Of a stretch of DNA of 64,000 bases, positions 15,401-32,752 are shown piece after piece; position 1 is the first letter of the stretch; every line of letters starts with the position of its first letter. The stretch comes from an uncultured Gemmatimonadales bacterium (lineage in GTDB: Bacteria; Gemmatimonadota; Gemmatimonadetes; Longimicrobiales; Longimicrobiaceae). A model generated the notes under the pieces. The model was not told the DNA's origin. It was given only the letters and a program-made list of their open reading frames with translations, and did no database searches. A program made the position numbers and the translations under genes. The DNA lies in the NCBI GenBank assembly GCA_963716255.1, contig OY970303.1:320001-384000 (forward strand), in the 5' to 3' direction.

Positions 15401-18400
15401 CGCAGCGCAAGCGTGTTCACGAAGAACCCGATCAGCCGCTCCGTCTCCTCGCGGTTGCGACCGGCGATCGGCGTCCCCACCACCACGTCGTCCTGCCCCG
15501 AGTAGCGGGCCAGGAGCAGCTGGAACGCCGCCAGCAGCACCATGAACGGCGTCGCCCCCTCCCGACGCCCCAGCGCGCGCAGCGAGCTCGCCGCAGCCTC
15601 CGGCACCGAGAAGACGTGCGAGGCGCCGTGGAAGCGCTGCACCGCGGGGCGCGGCCGGTCCGTGGGCAGCTCCAGCACCGCGGGGGCGCCGCGCAGACGA
15701 TCGCGCCACCACCCCAGCTGCCGCTCCAGGGTCTCCCCCGTCAGCCACGCCCGCTGCCACACCGCGAAGTCCGCGTACTGCACCGGCAGCGGCGCCAGCA
15801 CCGGCTCCCGCCCGGCCAGGCGGGCGCGGTACGCCTCGCCCAGCTCGCCGAAGAAGATCCCCATGCTCCACGCATCGCTGACCACGTGGTGCATCACCAG
15901 CACCAGCACGTGCTCGTCCTCGGCCGCGCGCAGGAGACGGGCGCGAAGCAGCGGCCCCCGCGCCAGATCGAAGGCGTGCCGCACCTCCTCGTCCACCACG
16001 CCCCGCACCGCAGCCTCGCGCGCTTCCTCAGGGAGGTCGCGCAGGTCCTCGACGGGGAGGGCGAAGGGCGCCGGCGGGAGCACCACCTGGGCGGCGCGCC
16101 CGCCGCGCTCCGGGAAGACGGTGCGCAGCGCCTCGTGCCGGCGCACGATCTCGCCCAGGGCCCACTTCAGCGCCGCGGCGTCCAGCGGGCCGCGCAGCCG
16201 CACCGCGCCGGGGATGTTGTAGAAGGGGCTCCCGGGCTCCAGGTGGTCCAGGAACCAGAGCCGCTCCTGCGCGAACGACAGCGGCAGCTCGCCGCCGCGC
16301 GGCGCGGGGAGGATGGGCGGGACGGCGACGGCGTCCGGGAGCGCCGCCTCCACGCGGCGGGCGAGCGCGGCCACGGTGGGCGCCTCGAAGAGCACGCGCA
16401 GCGGCAGGTCCACGTGCAGCGCGGCGCGCAGGCGCGACATCGCCTGCGTGGCCAGCAGCGAGTGGCCGCCCAGGTCGAAGAAGCCCTCGTGGATGCCGAC
16501 GCGATCGCGCTTCAGTACCTCCGCGAAGATCCCGGCGACGATCTCCTCCACCGGGGTGCGCGGCGCCTCGCCCGCGTCGACCGCGGCCCCGTCCGGCGCG
16601 GGGAGGGCGCGGCGGTCCAGCTTGCCACTGGCGGTGAGCGGGAGCGTGTCCAGCGCGACGAACGCCGCGGGGACCATGTACGCCGGGAGCGACGCGCCCA
16701 GGAAGCGGCGCAGCTCCGCCGCGTCGGGGGCCTGCGCGCCGTCGGCCGGGGCCACGTAGGCGACCAGGCGGACGGCGCCCGGCTCGTCCTCGCGCGCGAC
16801 CACGGCGCACTCGCGCAGCGCCGGGTGGCGCGCCAGCTCGGCCTCCACCTCGCCGGGCTCGATGCGGAAGCCACGCACCTTGACCTGCGCGTCCGTGCGC
16901 CCCAGGAACTCCAGCCGCCCGTCCGGCCGCCGGCGCACCCGGTCGCCGGTGCGGTACAGCCGCGCCCCACCCTCCCCCGAGAGCGCGTCCGGGACGAACT
17001 TCTCGGCCGTCAGCTCCGGGCGGCCCAGGTATCCCCGCGCCACGCCCGCTCCGCCGAGGAGCAGCTCGCCCGCCACGCCCACGGGCACCGGGCGCAGGTG
17101 CGCGTCCAGCACGTACGCCCGCGCGTTGGACACCGGCCGCCCGATGGGGACCGGCGAGAGCGGCATCTCCGGGATCGCGGCGCGCACGGGGTCCGCGGGC
17201 TCCGGCTCCGCCACGTCCGCCAGCGTGGCGACGATCGTGGCCTCCGTGGGCCCGTAGGTGTTCACCAGCCGCACGCGCGTCCCGAAGCGTGCGCGCCACG
17301 CTTCCAGCCGCTCCGGCAGCGCGCGCTCCCCGCCGATGACCACCAGCCGCAGCGCGTCCGGGAGCGCCGGCAGCTCCCCCGCGGGCGCGGCGGCGAGCTC
17401 GTGCCAGTACGCCGTGGGGAGCGAGGCCACGGTGATCCCCCACTCCGTGCACGCCGCCGCGAAGGCGGCCGGCGAGTCGATCATCTCCGGGGTGCGCAGC
17501 ACCAGCGCCGCGCCCGCGGCGAGCGCCGGGAAGATCTCCTCGGCGCTGGCGTCGAACACCAGCGACGCGAACTGGAGCACCCGGTCCTCCGCTCCGATGC
17601 CGTACTCGGCGCGCGCGTGCTCCGTGTAGTTGGCGAGCGCGCGGTGCGGGACCACGACGCCCTTGGGGCGGCCGGTGGAGCCCGAGGTGTAGATGACGTA
17701 CGCGGCGCTCTCGGGGTGGACGGCAGGGCCCCCACCCGGCTCGCCCAGGCTCGCCACCCTCCCCCGTTCCGGGGGAGGGGAATCTCCATGCTGACGATCC
17801 TCGCCCTCCGACGCGTCGTCGTCGTGCTCCCCCTCTCGCCTCGTGGGAGAGGGGGCCGGGGAGTGAGGGGTGTCCGCCACCCCGTCCGCGGAGATCAGCA
17901 GCGCGGCGCCGGAGTCCTCCAGCACGTACGCCACGCGCTCGGCGGGGTAGCCGGGATCCAGGGGGACGTAGGCGGCGCCCGCCTTCAGCACGGCGAGCAC
18001 GGCCACGACCATTTCCGGCGAGCGCTCCAGCAGGATCGCCACGCGGGTCTCCGGGCCGGCGCCGCGCTCCCGCAGCGTCCGCGCGAGGACGTCGGCACGG
18101 CGGTCCAGCTCGGCGTACGACAGCGTTGCGCCGCGGAAAGCCACGGCGGGCGCGGCGGGCTCCAGGCGCGCGCGCTCCGCCACGTGCTCGTGCACGGGGC
18201 GCGGGTCCAGGGCGCGCTCCGTCCGGTTCCACTCCACCAGCAGCTGCGCGCGCTCGGCGGGGGTGAGGACGGGGAGGTCGGAGAGGCGGAGGTCGGGGTC
18301 GGCGACCGCGGCCTCGGCGAGCACCTGGAACTGCGCGCCCATGCGGCGCAGGGTCGCGGCGTCGAACAGGTCGGGGTTGTAGCGGAAGACGGCGTGGATC

Positions 18401-19695
18401 CCGTTGGAGCGCTCCTCCACGAAGAGCGAGATGTCGAACGCGGACATCCCGCTGTCCGCGTCCACCGGCGACAGCGCCAGCCCGGAAAGCTGCACCGGCT
18501 TCATGGGCGCGTTCTGCACCACGAACATCACCTGGAAGACCGGCGTGTGGCTCAGGGAGCGCTCGGGAGCCAGCTCCTCCACCAGCCGCTCGAACGGGAG
18601 CTCCTGGTGCGCGTAGCCGCCCAGCGTGGTCTCGCGGACGCGGCGCAGCGCCTCGCGGAAGGTGGGGTCGCCGGAAAGGTCGGCGTGCAGGACCAGCGTG
18701 TTGACGAAGAAGCCGAAGGCCCCTTCCAGCTCCTTGCGCGTGCGGTTGGCGATGGGCGAGCCCACCACCACGTGGTCCTGCCCGGAGAGGCGCGCCAGCA
18801 GCACGTCCCACACGGCGAGCAGCGCCATGAAGAGCGTGGTCCCCTCGCGGCGGTTCAGCTCGCGGACCCCCTCCATCACCCGGTGCGAGAGGATGAAGCG
18901 CTGCGACTCGCCGTGGAAGCGCTGGATGGGCGGGCGCGGGCGGTCCAGGGGCAGCTCCAGCAGCGCGGGCGCGCCCTCCATCTGCCGGCGCCAGTAGGCC
19001 AGCAGGTCGTCCAGCGTCTTCCCGGCCAGGCGACGGCGCTGCCAGGCGGCGAAGTCGCCGTACTGGAGCGGCACCGGCGGGAGCGGCGAGGGGAGCCCGG
19101 CCGAGAAGGCCTGGTACAATTCCCCCAGCTCGCGCGCGAAGATCCCCATGCTCCACCCGTCGCTGACGATGTGGTGCATGGAGAGCGCGAGGACGTGCTC
19201 CGTGTCCGTGACGCGGAAGAGGCGGGCGTGCAGGAGCGGCGCGCGCGCCAGGTCGAAGGGCGCGCGGACGCTCGCCGCCACGCGGCGGCGCAGCTCCTCG
19301 CCGCGCTGCGGCTCGGGGAAGGCCGACAGGTCGTCCAGGGGGAGCTCCACCTCCACCGAGTCGGCGACCACCTGCACCGGCTCGCCGTCCACCACGGCGA
19401 ACGAGGTGCGGAACGCCTCGTGGCGCGCCGCGATCTCGGCGAGGGTGCGGCGCAGGGCGGCCGGGTCGAGCGGACCGTTCAGCCGCAGCGCGTTGGTGAT
19501 GTTGTAGAGCGCGCTCCCGGGCTCGAGCTGGTCCAGGAACCAGAGCGGCTGCTGGGAAAAGGAGACGGGGGCGTGCGGCCCGGGGGCCCGCGGCGGGATG
19601 CGGTCCTCCTCGACCTGCCGGATCCCCTCCTTCCTGAGGAGGAGGGCCAGCAGCTCGCGCTTCTGCGCGGAGATCCCGCCCGCGGGCTTGTTCAC
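6490..19695 (-). CDS. NRPS gene G, 4 modules: C-A(Lys/Orn-like)-T-C-A(Thr)-T-C(modAA/dehydrating)-A(Ala-like)-T-C-A(Thr)-T
   Basis: Track ORF 6490..19860, re-started at GTG 19695 (GGAG RBS, directly after the gene F stop, N-terminus NKPAGGISAQKRELLALLL). Codes DAESVGTIVK, DFWNVGMVHK (twice) and DVATNALAYK. T motifs: GGHSL three times, GGDSI once. Confidence 0.96.
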   Translation of the reverse strand: MNKPAGGISAQKRELLALLLRKEGIRQVEEDRIPPRAPGPHAPVSFSQQPLWFLDQLEPGSALYNITNALRLNGPLDPAALRRTLAEIAARHEAFRTSFAVVDGEPVQVVADSVEVELPLDDLSAFPEPQRGEELRRRVAASVRAPFDLARAPLLHARLFRVTDTEHVLALSMHHIVSDGWSMGIFARELGELYQAFSAGLPSPLPPVPLQYGDFAAWQRRRLAGKTLDDLLAYWRRQMEGAPALLELPLDRPRPPIQRFHGESQRFILSHRVMEGVRELNRREGTTLFMALLAVWDVLLARLSGQDHVVVGSPIANRTRKELEGAFGFFVNTLVLHADLSGDPTFREALRRVRETTLGGYAHQELPFERLVEELAPERSLSHTPVFQVMFVVQNAPMKPVQLSGLALSPVDADSGMSAFDISLFVEERSNGIHAVFRYNPDLFDAATLRRMGAQFQVLAEAAVADPDLRLSDLPVLTPAERAQLLVEWNRTERALDPRPVHEHVAERARLEPAAPAVAFRGATLSYAELDRRADVLARTLRERGAGPETRVAILLERSPEMVVAVLAVLKAGAAYVPLDPGYPAERVAYVLEDSGAALLISADGVADTPHSPAPSPTRREGEHDDDASEGEDRQHGDSPPPERGRVASLGEPGGGPAVHPESAAYVIYTSGSTGRPKGVVVPHRALANYTEHARAEYGIGAEDRVLQFASLVFDASAEEIFPALAAGAALVLRTPEMIDSPAAFAAACTEWGITVASLPTAYWHELAAAPAGELPALPDALRLVVIGGERALPERLEAWRARFGTRVRLVNTYGPTEATIVATLADVAEPEPADPVRAAIPEMPLSPVPIGRPVSNARAYVLDAHLRPVPVGVAGELLLGGAGVARGYLGRPELTAEKFVPDALSGEGGARLYRTGDRVRRRPDGRLEFLGRTDAQVKVRGFRIEPGEVEAELARHPALRECAVVAREDEPGAVRLVAYVAPADGAQAPDAAELRRFLGASLPAYMVPAAFVALDTLPLTASGKLDRRALPAPDGAAVDAGEAPRTPVEEIVAGIFAEVLKRDRVGIHEGFFDLGGHSLLATQAMSRLRAALHVDLPLRVLFEAPTVAALARRVEAALPDAVAVPPILPAPRGGELPLSFAQERLWFLDHLEPGSPFYNIPGAVRLRGPLDAAALKWALGEIVRRHEALRTVFPERGGRAAQVVLPPAPFALPVEDLRDLPEEAREAAVRGVVDEEVRHAFDLARGPLLRARLLRAAEDEHVLVLVMHHVVSDAWSMGIFFGELGEAYRARLAGREPVLAPLPVQYADFAVWQRAWLTGETLERQLGWWRDRLRGAPAVLELPTDRPRPAVQRFHGASHVFSVPEAAASSLRALGRREGATPFMVLLAAFQLLLARYSGQDDVVVGTPIAGRNREETERLIGFFVNTLALRTELWDDPTFRDLVARVRETTLGAYQHQDLPFERLVEELQPERSLSRTPLFQVMFVFQNVPPGGLDLGGVAVEPLEFEFRSEKFDLTLTMLEHPDGLLGGVQYSTDLFDAATIERMSGHLVALLGAAAEEPARPVSELRLLGEAERSELVAAAGGTRSFPVRETLHGRFAAAAVRAPEAVAVTLGAESLTYREVERRAARLGRELWRRGVGPEVRVGLCLERSAEMVVAILGVLKAGGAYVPIDPAYPADRIAYLLEDSGVSLVLAQEATRAVLPEVPGVEVVALDSPHPPAPAPTRGKGEHEDDTPEGEARQHGDSPPPERGRVASLSEPGGGPAIDPAAAAYVIYTSGSTGRPKGVVVTHANVLRLFDATQEWFGFGAEDVWTLFHSYAFDFSVWEMWGALLHGGRLVVVPWETSRDPEAFRALLGAERVTVLNQTPSAFRQLVRADETAPADAALSLRWVVFGGEALEPRTLKPWMERHGDARPRLVNMYGITETTVHVTYRPVTAEDAESAPGSVIGEGIPDLRVHLLDRGLEPVPPGVPGEMYVGGGGVARGYLGRPELTAERFVPDPYSAEPGARMYRSGDRARRRAGGGLEYLGRADQQVKVRGFRIEPGEVEAALLGHAGVREALVMAREDEPGARRLVAYVVADAAAGEPTVEGLRAHLAERLPEHMVPAAFVLLDGFPLTPHGKTDRRALPPPDGARPELGAVYAPPRDAVEAALAEVWAETLGVDRVGVHDNYFALGGDSIRSLQVLAKARERGIGFGLQDVFRYQTVAELAPHVRAERREAAARAEPFSLLAPEDRARVPEGVEDAYPMTRLQLGMIFHTEQNPDRAVYQNVNTFHLRGAFDEARLRGVLTTLAGRHAILRTSFDLAGFSEPMQLVHREPEVALETADVSGLPPEAQDAAVDAWVETETFRAFDWRVSPLIRFHAHVRGPDAFQLGFTEHHSILDGWSVAALLAELFGLYFAAGDGDGEAAAPASTFRDFVALEREALASPEAREFWAGVLEDAEPTVPPSLAPAGEAGARAQLVELLPELVDALGRVARRAGATFKSVLLAAHLRALGAAAGADDVTVGIVSNGRPEGGGGERVLGLFLNTLPLRLRPGRGSWLDLVRAAFDAERRTLPFRRFPVAELKRMNGGEPPFEVLFNFVHFHVMDSVAAAEGGRFVNARATGTTNFPLGVTFSQGSSRHELQLAVEYDATRFSDAQAERLLAAHLAVLERMAADPEARHDTLDLLPPEERRRVLAEWSDTARAYPADALLHDLFAAAAARTPGAPAVSFHGRTLTYAELGARADSLALRLRALGVGPESVVGVCLARTPELVAALLGVLRAGGAYLPLDPAYPADRLAYMLADSGARVLLTQESLAGLFGDFAGEIVALDGTPLPPAPSPAGREGEHDVHPDNPAYLIYTSGSTGRPKGVAIPHRAAAVFVHWMRDTVTDEERAGVLASTSVSFDVSVAEIFGTLCWGGRLVLVENALELASLSDADGVRLATMVPTAAAELLRSGGIPRKVRAFNLAGEPLPADLARGLYALGHVERVRNLYGPTEDTAYSTWTTVEPGAERVTIGRPVAGTRAYVLDAELRPVPVGAAGELYLAGAGLARGYHARPELTAALFRPDPFAAAPGGRMYRTLDRARWNPAGELEYLGRVDTQVKVRGVRVELGEVEAVLREHPAVADAAAMILADGAGGRLVAWVVPAEDGPVPGAAALRGWLRERLPEPMVPSAFVELDALPRTPSGKTDRRALPAPAPASGEDTYVAPRTATEERIAIAWADVLRVERVGVDDSFFDLGGHSLLATQAMSRLRAALHVDLPLRVLFEAPTVAALARRVEAALPDAIPVPPILPAPRGGELPLSFAQERLWFLDQLEPGSPFYNIPGAVRLRGPLDAAALEWALGEIVRRHEALRTVFPERGGRAAQVVLPPEPLALPVEDLSDLPEEAREAAVRGVVDEEVRHAFDLARGPLLRARLLRAGEDEHVLVLVMHHVVSDAWSMGIFFGELGEAYRARLAGREPVLAPLPVQYADFAVWQRAWLTGEVLERQLGWWRDRLRGAPAVLELPTDRPRPAVQRFHGASHVFSVPEAAASSLRALGRREGATPFMVLLAAFQLLLARYSGQDDVVVGTPIAGRNREETERLIGFFVNTLALRTELWDDPTFRDLVARVRETTLGAYQHQDLPFERLVEELQPERSLSRTPLFQVMFVFQNVPPGGLDLGGVAVEPLEFEFRSEKFDLTLTMLEHPDGLLGGVQYSTDLFDAATIERMSGHLVALLSAAAAEPARPVSELRLLGEAERAELVAAAGGTRSFAVRDTLHGRFAAAASRAPEAVAVTLGAESLTYREVERRAAGLGRELRRRGVGPEVRVGLCLERSAEMVVAILGVLKAGGAYVPIDPAYPADRIGYLLEDSGVSLVLAQEATRAVLPEVPGVEVVALDSPHPPAPAPTKGKGEHDDDTPEGEARQHGGSPPPERGRVASLSEPGGGPAIDPDSAAYVIYTSGSTGRPKGVVVTHANVLRLFDATQEWFGFGAEDVWTLFHSYAFDFSVWEMWGALLHGGRLVVVPWETSRDPEAFRALLGAERVTVLNQTPSAFRQLVRADEAASVDELSLRWVVFGGEALEPRTLKPWMERHGDARPRLVNMYGITETTVHVTYRPVTAEDAESAPGSVIGEGIPDLRVHLLDRSLEPVPPGVPGEMYVGGGGVARGYLGRPELTAERFVPDPYSAEPGARMYRSGDRARRRAGGGLEYLGRADQQVKVRGFRIEPGEVEAALLGHAGVREALVMAREDEPGARRLVAYVVADAAAGEPTVEGLRAHLAERLPEHMVPAAFVLLDGFPLTPHGKTDRRALPAPETGSAEDTYVAPRTPTEERLAAAWAEVLRAGRVGVHDSFFDLGGHSMLATQVVSRVRHAFGVELRVADLFDNPTVEALARRVDGLLAAGSSADQAGPIARQARRGVARRNSPQ
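6848..10017. repeat. ~3.2-kb near-identical copy of 13310-16482 (half T-C-A(Thr) in gene G)
   Basis: Offset 6462-6465 (one-codon indel); translations nearly identical. Confidence 0.95.
7934..8077 (-). repeat. In-frame palindromic cassette (alpha+beta) in gene G module 4
   Basis: CCCTCCCCCGTTCCGGGGGAGGG hairpin. Encodes PHPPAPAPTKGKGEHDDDTPEGEARQHGGSPPPERGRVASLSEPGGGP. Confidence 0.85.
11182..11234 (-). repeat. In-frame palindromic cassette (alpha only) in gene G module 3
   Basis: CCCCCTCCC...GGGAGGGGG arms followed by G-runs. Encodes TPLPPAPSPAGREGEHD. Confidence 0.8.
14400..14543 (-). repeat. In-frame palindromic cassette (alpha+beta) in gene G module 2
   Basis: Near-identical to 7934-8077. 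Confidence 0.85.
17726..17871 (-). repeat. In-frame palindromic cassette (alpha+beta) in gene G module 1
   Basis: Two hairpins. Encodes TPHSPAPSPTRREGEHDDDASEGEDRQHGDSPPPERGRVASLGEPGGGP. Confidence 0.85.
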
Positions 19696-19696
19696 G

Positions 19697-22600
19697 TCAG
19701 ACTTCTCCGGTGGGGTGGCTCGCGCGGAGGGCCTGCTCCAGCTCCTCCGCCGAGATCGCCTGCATCTCGTCCTCCGACATCCCGTCCAGCATGCGGAGGA
19801 TGCGGGCGACGGTCTCCGTCTGCCCGGGCTCCGCCTCCAGCGCCACGGCCGCGGCGGCAAGCGCGGCGACGGTGGGATCCTCGAACAGCACGCGCAGCGG
19901 CACCTCCACCTGGAGCGCCTCGCGCACGCGCGAGATCACCTGCGTCGCCAGCAGCGAGTGCCCGCCCAGGTCGAAGAACGAGTCCAGGGCGCCCACCGAC
20001 GGCACCTCCAGCACCTCGGCCCAGATGGCGGCGACCACCGCCTCCACGTCGCCCCGCGGGGGCACGGAGGCGGGCCCGGCGCCCAGCTCCGGCGCGGGGA
20101 GCGCGCGGCGGTCCAGCTTGCCGTTGGGGGTCAGCGGAAGCTCCCCCAGCGGCACCAGCGCCGCCGGCACCATGTGCTCCGGCAGGCGGGCGCGCAGCCA
20201 CTCGCGCAGCTCCGCCTCCGCCGGCGCCGCGCCGTCCGCGACGACGACGTAGCCCACCAGGCGCCGCTCCCCCGGCCCGTCCTCCCGCGCGACCACCGCC
20301 GCGGCGCGCACCCCGGGGTGCGTCCCCAGCACCGCCTCCACCTCCCCCGGCTCCACGCGGAAGCCCCGCACCTTGACCTGCTGGTCCGCGCGCCCCAGGA
20401 ACTCCAGCGCCGCCTCCTCCGACCACCGCACCCGGTCGCCGGTGCGGTACAGCCGCTCCCCCGGCTCCGCCGCGAAGGGGTGCGGGACGAAGCGCTCCGC
20501 CGTCAGCCCGGGGCGACCCAGGTACCCGCGGGCCAGCCCGGGGCCGGACAGGTACAGCTCGCCGGGAACGCCGGGGGGCACCGGCTCCAGGCGCGCGTCC
20601 AGCACGTACGCCCCGGTGTTCGCCACCGGGCGCCCCAGCGGCAGCGGCACGGCCCGGTCCTCGTCGCCGCGCACCGGGTGCCAGGTGGAGAAGGTGGTCC
20701 CCTCCGTGGGGCCGTAGCCGTTCACCAGCATCGCCGGCCCGCCCGTTTCCAGCACGGCCGCGGAGCGCGTGGCGTCCATCGCCTCGCCGCCCACGACCAG
20801 GTAGCGCAGCCCGGCGAAGGCGTCCGGACGCTCCCCGGCCACCCGGTGGAAGAGCGAGGTGGGGAGGAAGGCCTGCGTCACCCCCTGCGCGCGCAGCGCC
20901 GCCGCCAGCGCGTCCGGGTCCAGCGCCGTCTCGCGGGGGATCCCCACCAGCCGCCCCCCGGACAGCAGCGCGCTCCACACCTCCCAGGTCGCCGCGTCGA
21001 AGGCCGCGTTGGAAACCTGCGCCACGCGGTCGTCCGGGCCCGCCTCCGTGTAATCCGTGTCGCGAACCAAGCGCAGGACGCCCGCGTGCGTGACCGCCAC
21101 GCCCTTGGGCTCCCCGGTGGAGCCGGACGTGTAGATCACGTACGCCAGCCCGTCCGGCTCCACGGGCGCCGCCGGGAGCTCCACCTCGTCCGCTTCAGGC
21201 ACCAAAGCTGTCCCGAAAGATATCACCTCCACCCCGGCCGCGGGAAGCAGGTCCCGCAGGCTTTCCTGCGCCAGCAGCACGCGCGCGCCGCAGTCGCGCA
21301 GCATCCAGGCGAGGCGCTCCGCAGGGTGCTGCGGGTCCAGCGGGAGGTACGCCCCGCCCGCCCGCAGGATGGCCACCATGCCCACCACCATCTCCACCGA
21401 GCGGTCCAGCAGCAGCCCCACCCGCGCGTCCGGACCCACCCCCGCCGCGCACAGCCGGCGCGCCAGCGCGGCCGAGCGCCGGTCCAGCTCCCGGTAGGTC
21501 AGCGCCGCGTCCGGGTACGCCACCGCCACCGCGTCGGCGTGGCGCGCCGCCGCCTCCGCGAACAGCTCCACCACGGTGCGCCCCGCCGGCCACTCCGTCC
21601 GCAGCGGGGCGCCCGTGGCCAGCGCCGCCTCGCGCTCCACCGGCGTCAGCAGCGGCAGCTCGCGGAGCGGGCGCTCCGGGTCCGCGGCCATCGCCTCCAG
21701 CAGCGTCCCCCACTGCGCCAGCATGCGCCGCACCGCCGCGCCGCCGAAGCGCGCCGTGTCCCAGACGGCCCGCAGCGCCAGCCCTTCCCCCGGCGAGGCC
21801 ACCACCGTGAGCGGGTAGCCGGTGCGCTCCTCCACCCGCGGGTCCTGGATCGCCAGCCGCCCGCCCGCCTCCCCCGCCCCGCCGCCCACCGGGTAGTTCT
21901 CGAAGGCCAGGATGCTCTCGAACAGGCGCTGCTCGCGGGGGACCTCCGTCCACCCCTGCACCGCCGTGAGCGACACGTGCTCCCAGGCGCCGGCCTCCAC
22001 CTGCCGCGCGTGCAATTCCGCGATCCAGGGGAGGAGCGGCGCGTCCTCGTCCACGCGGGCGCGCACGGGGAGCGTGTTGATGAACATCCCCACCATCTCC
22101 TCCACCCCCGCCAGCGCCGCCGGCCGCCCCGAGACCACGGCCCCGAAGACCACGTCGTCCCGCCCCGAGAAGCGGGACAGGAGCAGCGCCCAGGCCCCCT
22201 GCACCAGCGCCCCCGGCGTGACGCGGGCGCGGCGGGCCAGCGCCGCCAGCGAGGCCATCGCCGCCGCGGGGAGCCGAACCGAAGCCTCGGCGTACCGCGA
22301 CGGGTCGTCCGCGGCGCCGGCGGGGGCGGGCCGGTCGATCCCCAGCGGCGTGGGCGCCTCCACCCCGGCCAGGCGGGCGCGCCAGAACGCCTCCGCCGCC
22401 GCGGCGTCCCCCTCCCGCAGCCAGAGCACGTAGTCGCGGAAGGGCCGCGGGCGCGGCAGGCTCGTTTCGCGGCCGGCGCGCGCGTCCGCCTCGAAGGAGA
22501 GCACCTCGTCCAGCACGCGCGGCAGCGACCAGCCGTCCAGCAGCAGGTGGTGGAAGCTCCACTGCACGCGCCACTCGTCCGCGCCCGTGCGGATCAGCGC

Positions 22601-22981
22601 CAGGCGCATCAGCGGCGCCGCCAGAAGGTCGAAGCCGCGGCGACGGTCCTCCGCCAGGAAGTCCTCCAGCTCCCGCTCGCGCGCGTGCGGCGCGAGGCCG
22701 CTCCAGTCCAGCGTTTCCACGGGAATCGCCACGCGGCGCTGCACCACCTGCACCGGCTCCTCCATCTCCTCCCACGCGAACGCCGTCCGCAGCACCGGGT
22801 GCCGCTCCGCGACCCGCTGCCAGGCGCGCGCGAAGACCTGCGGGTCGAAGGCGGGATCGCGCACCGTGAACCCCACCTGCTCCACGTACGCGCCGGAGCC
22901 CGGGGCGTAGACGGTGTGGAACAGCATCCCCTGCTGGAGCGGGGTGAGCGGGTAGATGTCCTCTACGTCGGGCCGGCTCAT
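19697..22981 (-). CDS. NRPS gene F, single module C(DCL-type)-A(aliphatic, Val-like)-T plus acidic C-terminal docking helix
   Basis: 1094-aa ORF with the same motifs as gene H. C-terminus ARILRMLDGMSEDEMQAISAEELEQAL. Confidence 0.96.
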   Translation of the reverse strand: MSRPDVEDIYPLTPLQQGMLFHTVYAPGSGAYVEQVGFTVRDPAFDPQVFARAWQRVAERHPVLRTAFAWEEMEEPVQVVQRRVAIPVETLDWSGLAPHARERELEDFLAEDRRRGFDLLAAPLMRLALIRTGADEWRVQWSFHHLLLDGWSLPRVLDEVLSFEADARAGRETSLPRPRPFRDYVLWLREGDAAAAEAFWRARLAGVEAPTPLGIDRPAPAGAADDPSRYAEASVRLPAAAMASLAALARRARVTPGALVQGAWALLLSRFSGRDDVVFGAVVSGRPAALAGVEEMVGMFINTLPVRARVDEDAPLLPWIAELHARQVEAGAWEHVSLTAVQGWTEVPREQRLFESILAFENYPVGGGAGEAGGRLAIQDPRVEERTGYPLTVVASPGEGLALRAVWDTARFGGAAVRRMLAQWGTLLEAMAADPERPLRELPLLTPVEREAALATGAPLRTEWPAGRTVVELFAEAAARHADAVAVAYPDAALTYRELDRRSAALARRLCAAGVGPDARVGLLLDRSVEMVVGMVAILRAGGAYLPLDPQHPAERLAWMLRDCGARVLLAQESLRDLLPAAGVEVISFGTALVPEADEVELPAAPVEPDGLAYVIYTSGSTGEPKGVAVTHAGVLRLVRDTDYTEAGPDDRVAQVSNAAFDAATWEVWSALLSGGRLVGIPRETALDPDALAAALRAQGVTQAFLPTSLFHRVAGERPDAFAGLRYLVVGGEAMDATRSAAVLETGGPAMLVNGYGPTEGTTFSTWHPVRGDEDRAVPLPLGRPVANTGAYVLDARLEPVPPGVPGELYLSGPGLARGYLGRPGLTAERFVPHPFAAEPGERLYRTGDRVRWSEEAALEFLGRADQQVKVRGFRVEPGEVEAVLGTHPGVRAAAVVAREDGPGERRLVGYVVVADGAAPAEAELREWLRARLPEHMVPAALVPLGELPLTPNGKLDRRALPAPELGAGPASVPPRGDVEAVVAAIWAEVLEVPSVGALDSFFDLGGHSLLATQVISRVREALQVEVPLRVLFEDPTVAALAAAAVALEAEPGQTETVARILRMLDGMSEDEMQAISAEELEQALRASHPTGEV

Positions 22982-23035
22982 CGTGTCGTGCTCCGGTTGG
23001 TTCGTCGTGTGTGGCCGCTCCGGAACCAGGCCGAA

Positions 23036-23198
23036 CCGCCGGCCTGTTTCCTACGCGGGTCGCGGAGCCACCGGAAACCGCCCCGGTGTCTCCGCTCCGG
23101 CTGCGGGAGCCCCGCCAAACAACCGGCGGGTCTCCCTCCGCGACATCTTACGGGGAACGGCGGGGAAGCGCCCGGAACCACGCCCCATCCGCCGTTCC
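23036..23198. promoter_or_regulatory. Structured intergenic region between genes E and F (nested and tandem stem-loops)
   Basis: Three pairings: GCGGAGCCACCGG (23062-23074) / CCGGTGTCTCCGC (23083-23095); outer CCGCCGG..TGTTT (23036-23049) / AAACAACCGGCGG (23117-23129); GGAACGGCGG (23154-23163) / CCGCCGTTCC (23189-23198). Function unknown. Confidence 0.45.
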
Positions 23199-23220
23199 GT
23201 ACTGCGGCTTCGTGCTTCTC

Positions 23221-32745
<9,525 letters not shown>

Positions 32746-32752
32746 GCGTGTC

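Noticed and set aside
9421..20376. Very long plus-strand ORFs (also 195-3734, 3085-6951, 19598-24028, 23011-29496, 45839-51412, 51103-61197)
   Set aside because: Antisense shadows of GC3-biased NRPS genes. They are Arg/Pro/Gly/His-rich, have no recognisable domains and overlap well-supported minus-strand CDSs.
22978..23181. 67-aa ORF in the E-F spacer
   Set aside because: No recognisable domain or RBS. Its RSTTR* end simply reflects the shared RBS sequence of F and H. It is not MbtH-like, as it lacks the conserved Trp pattern.
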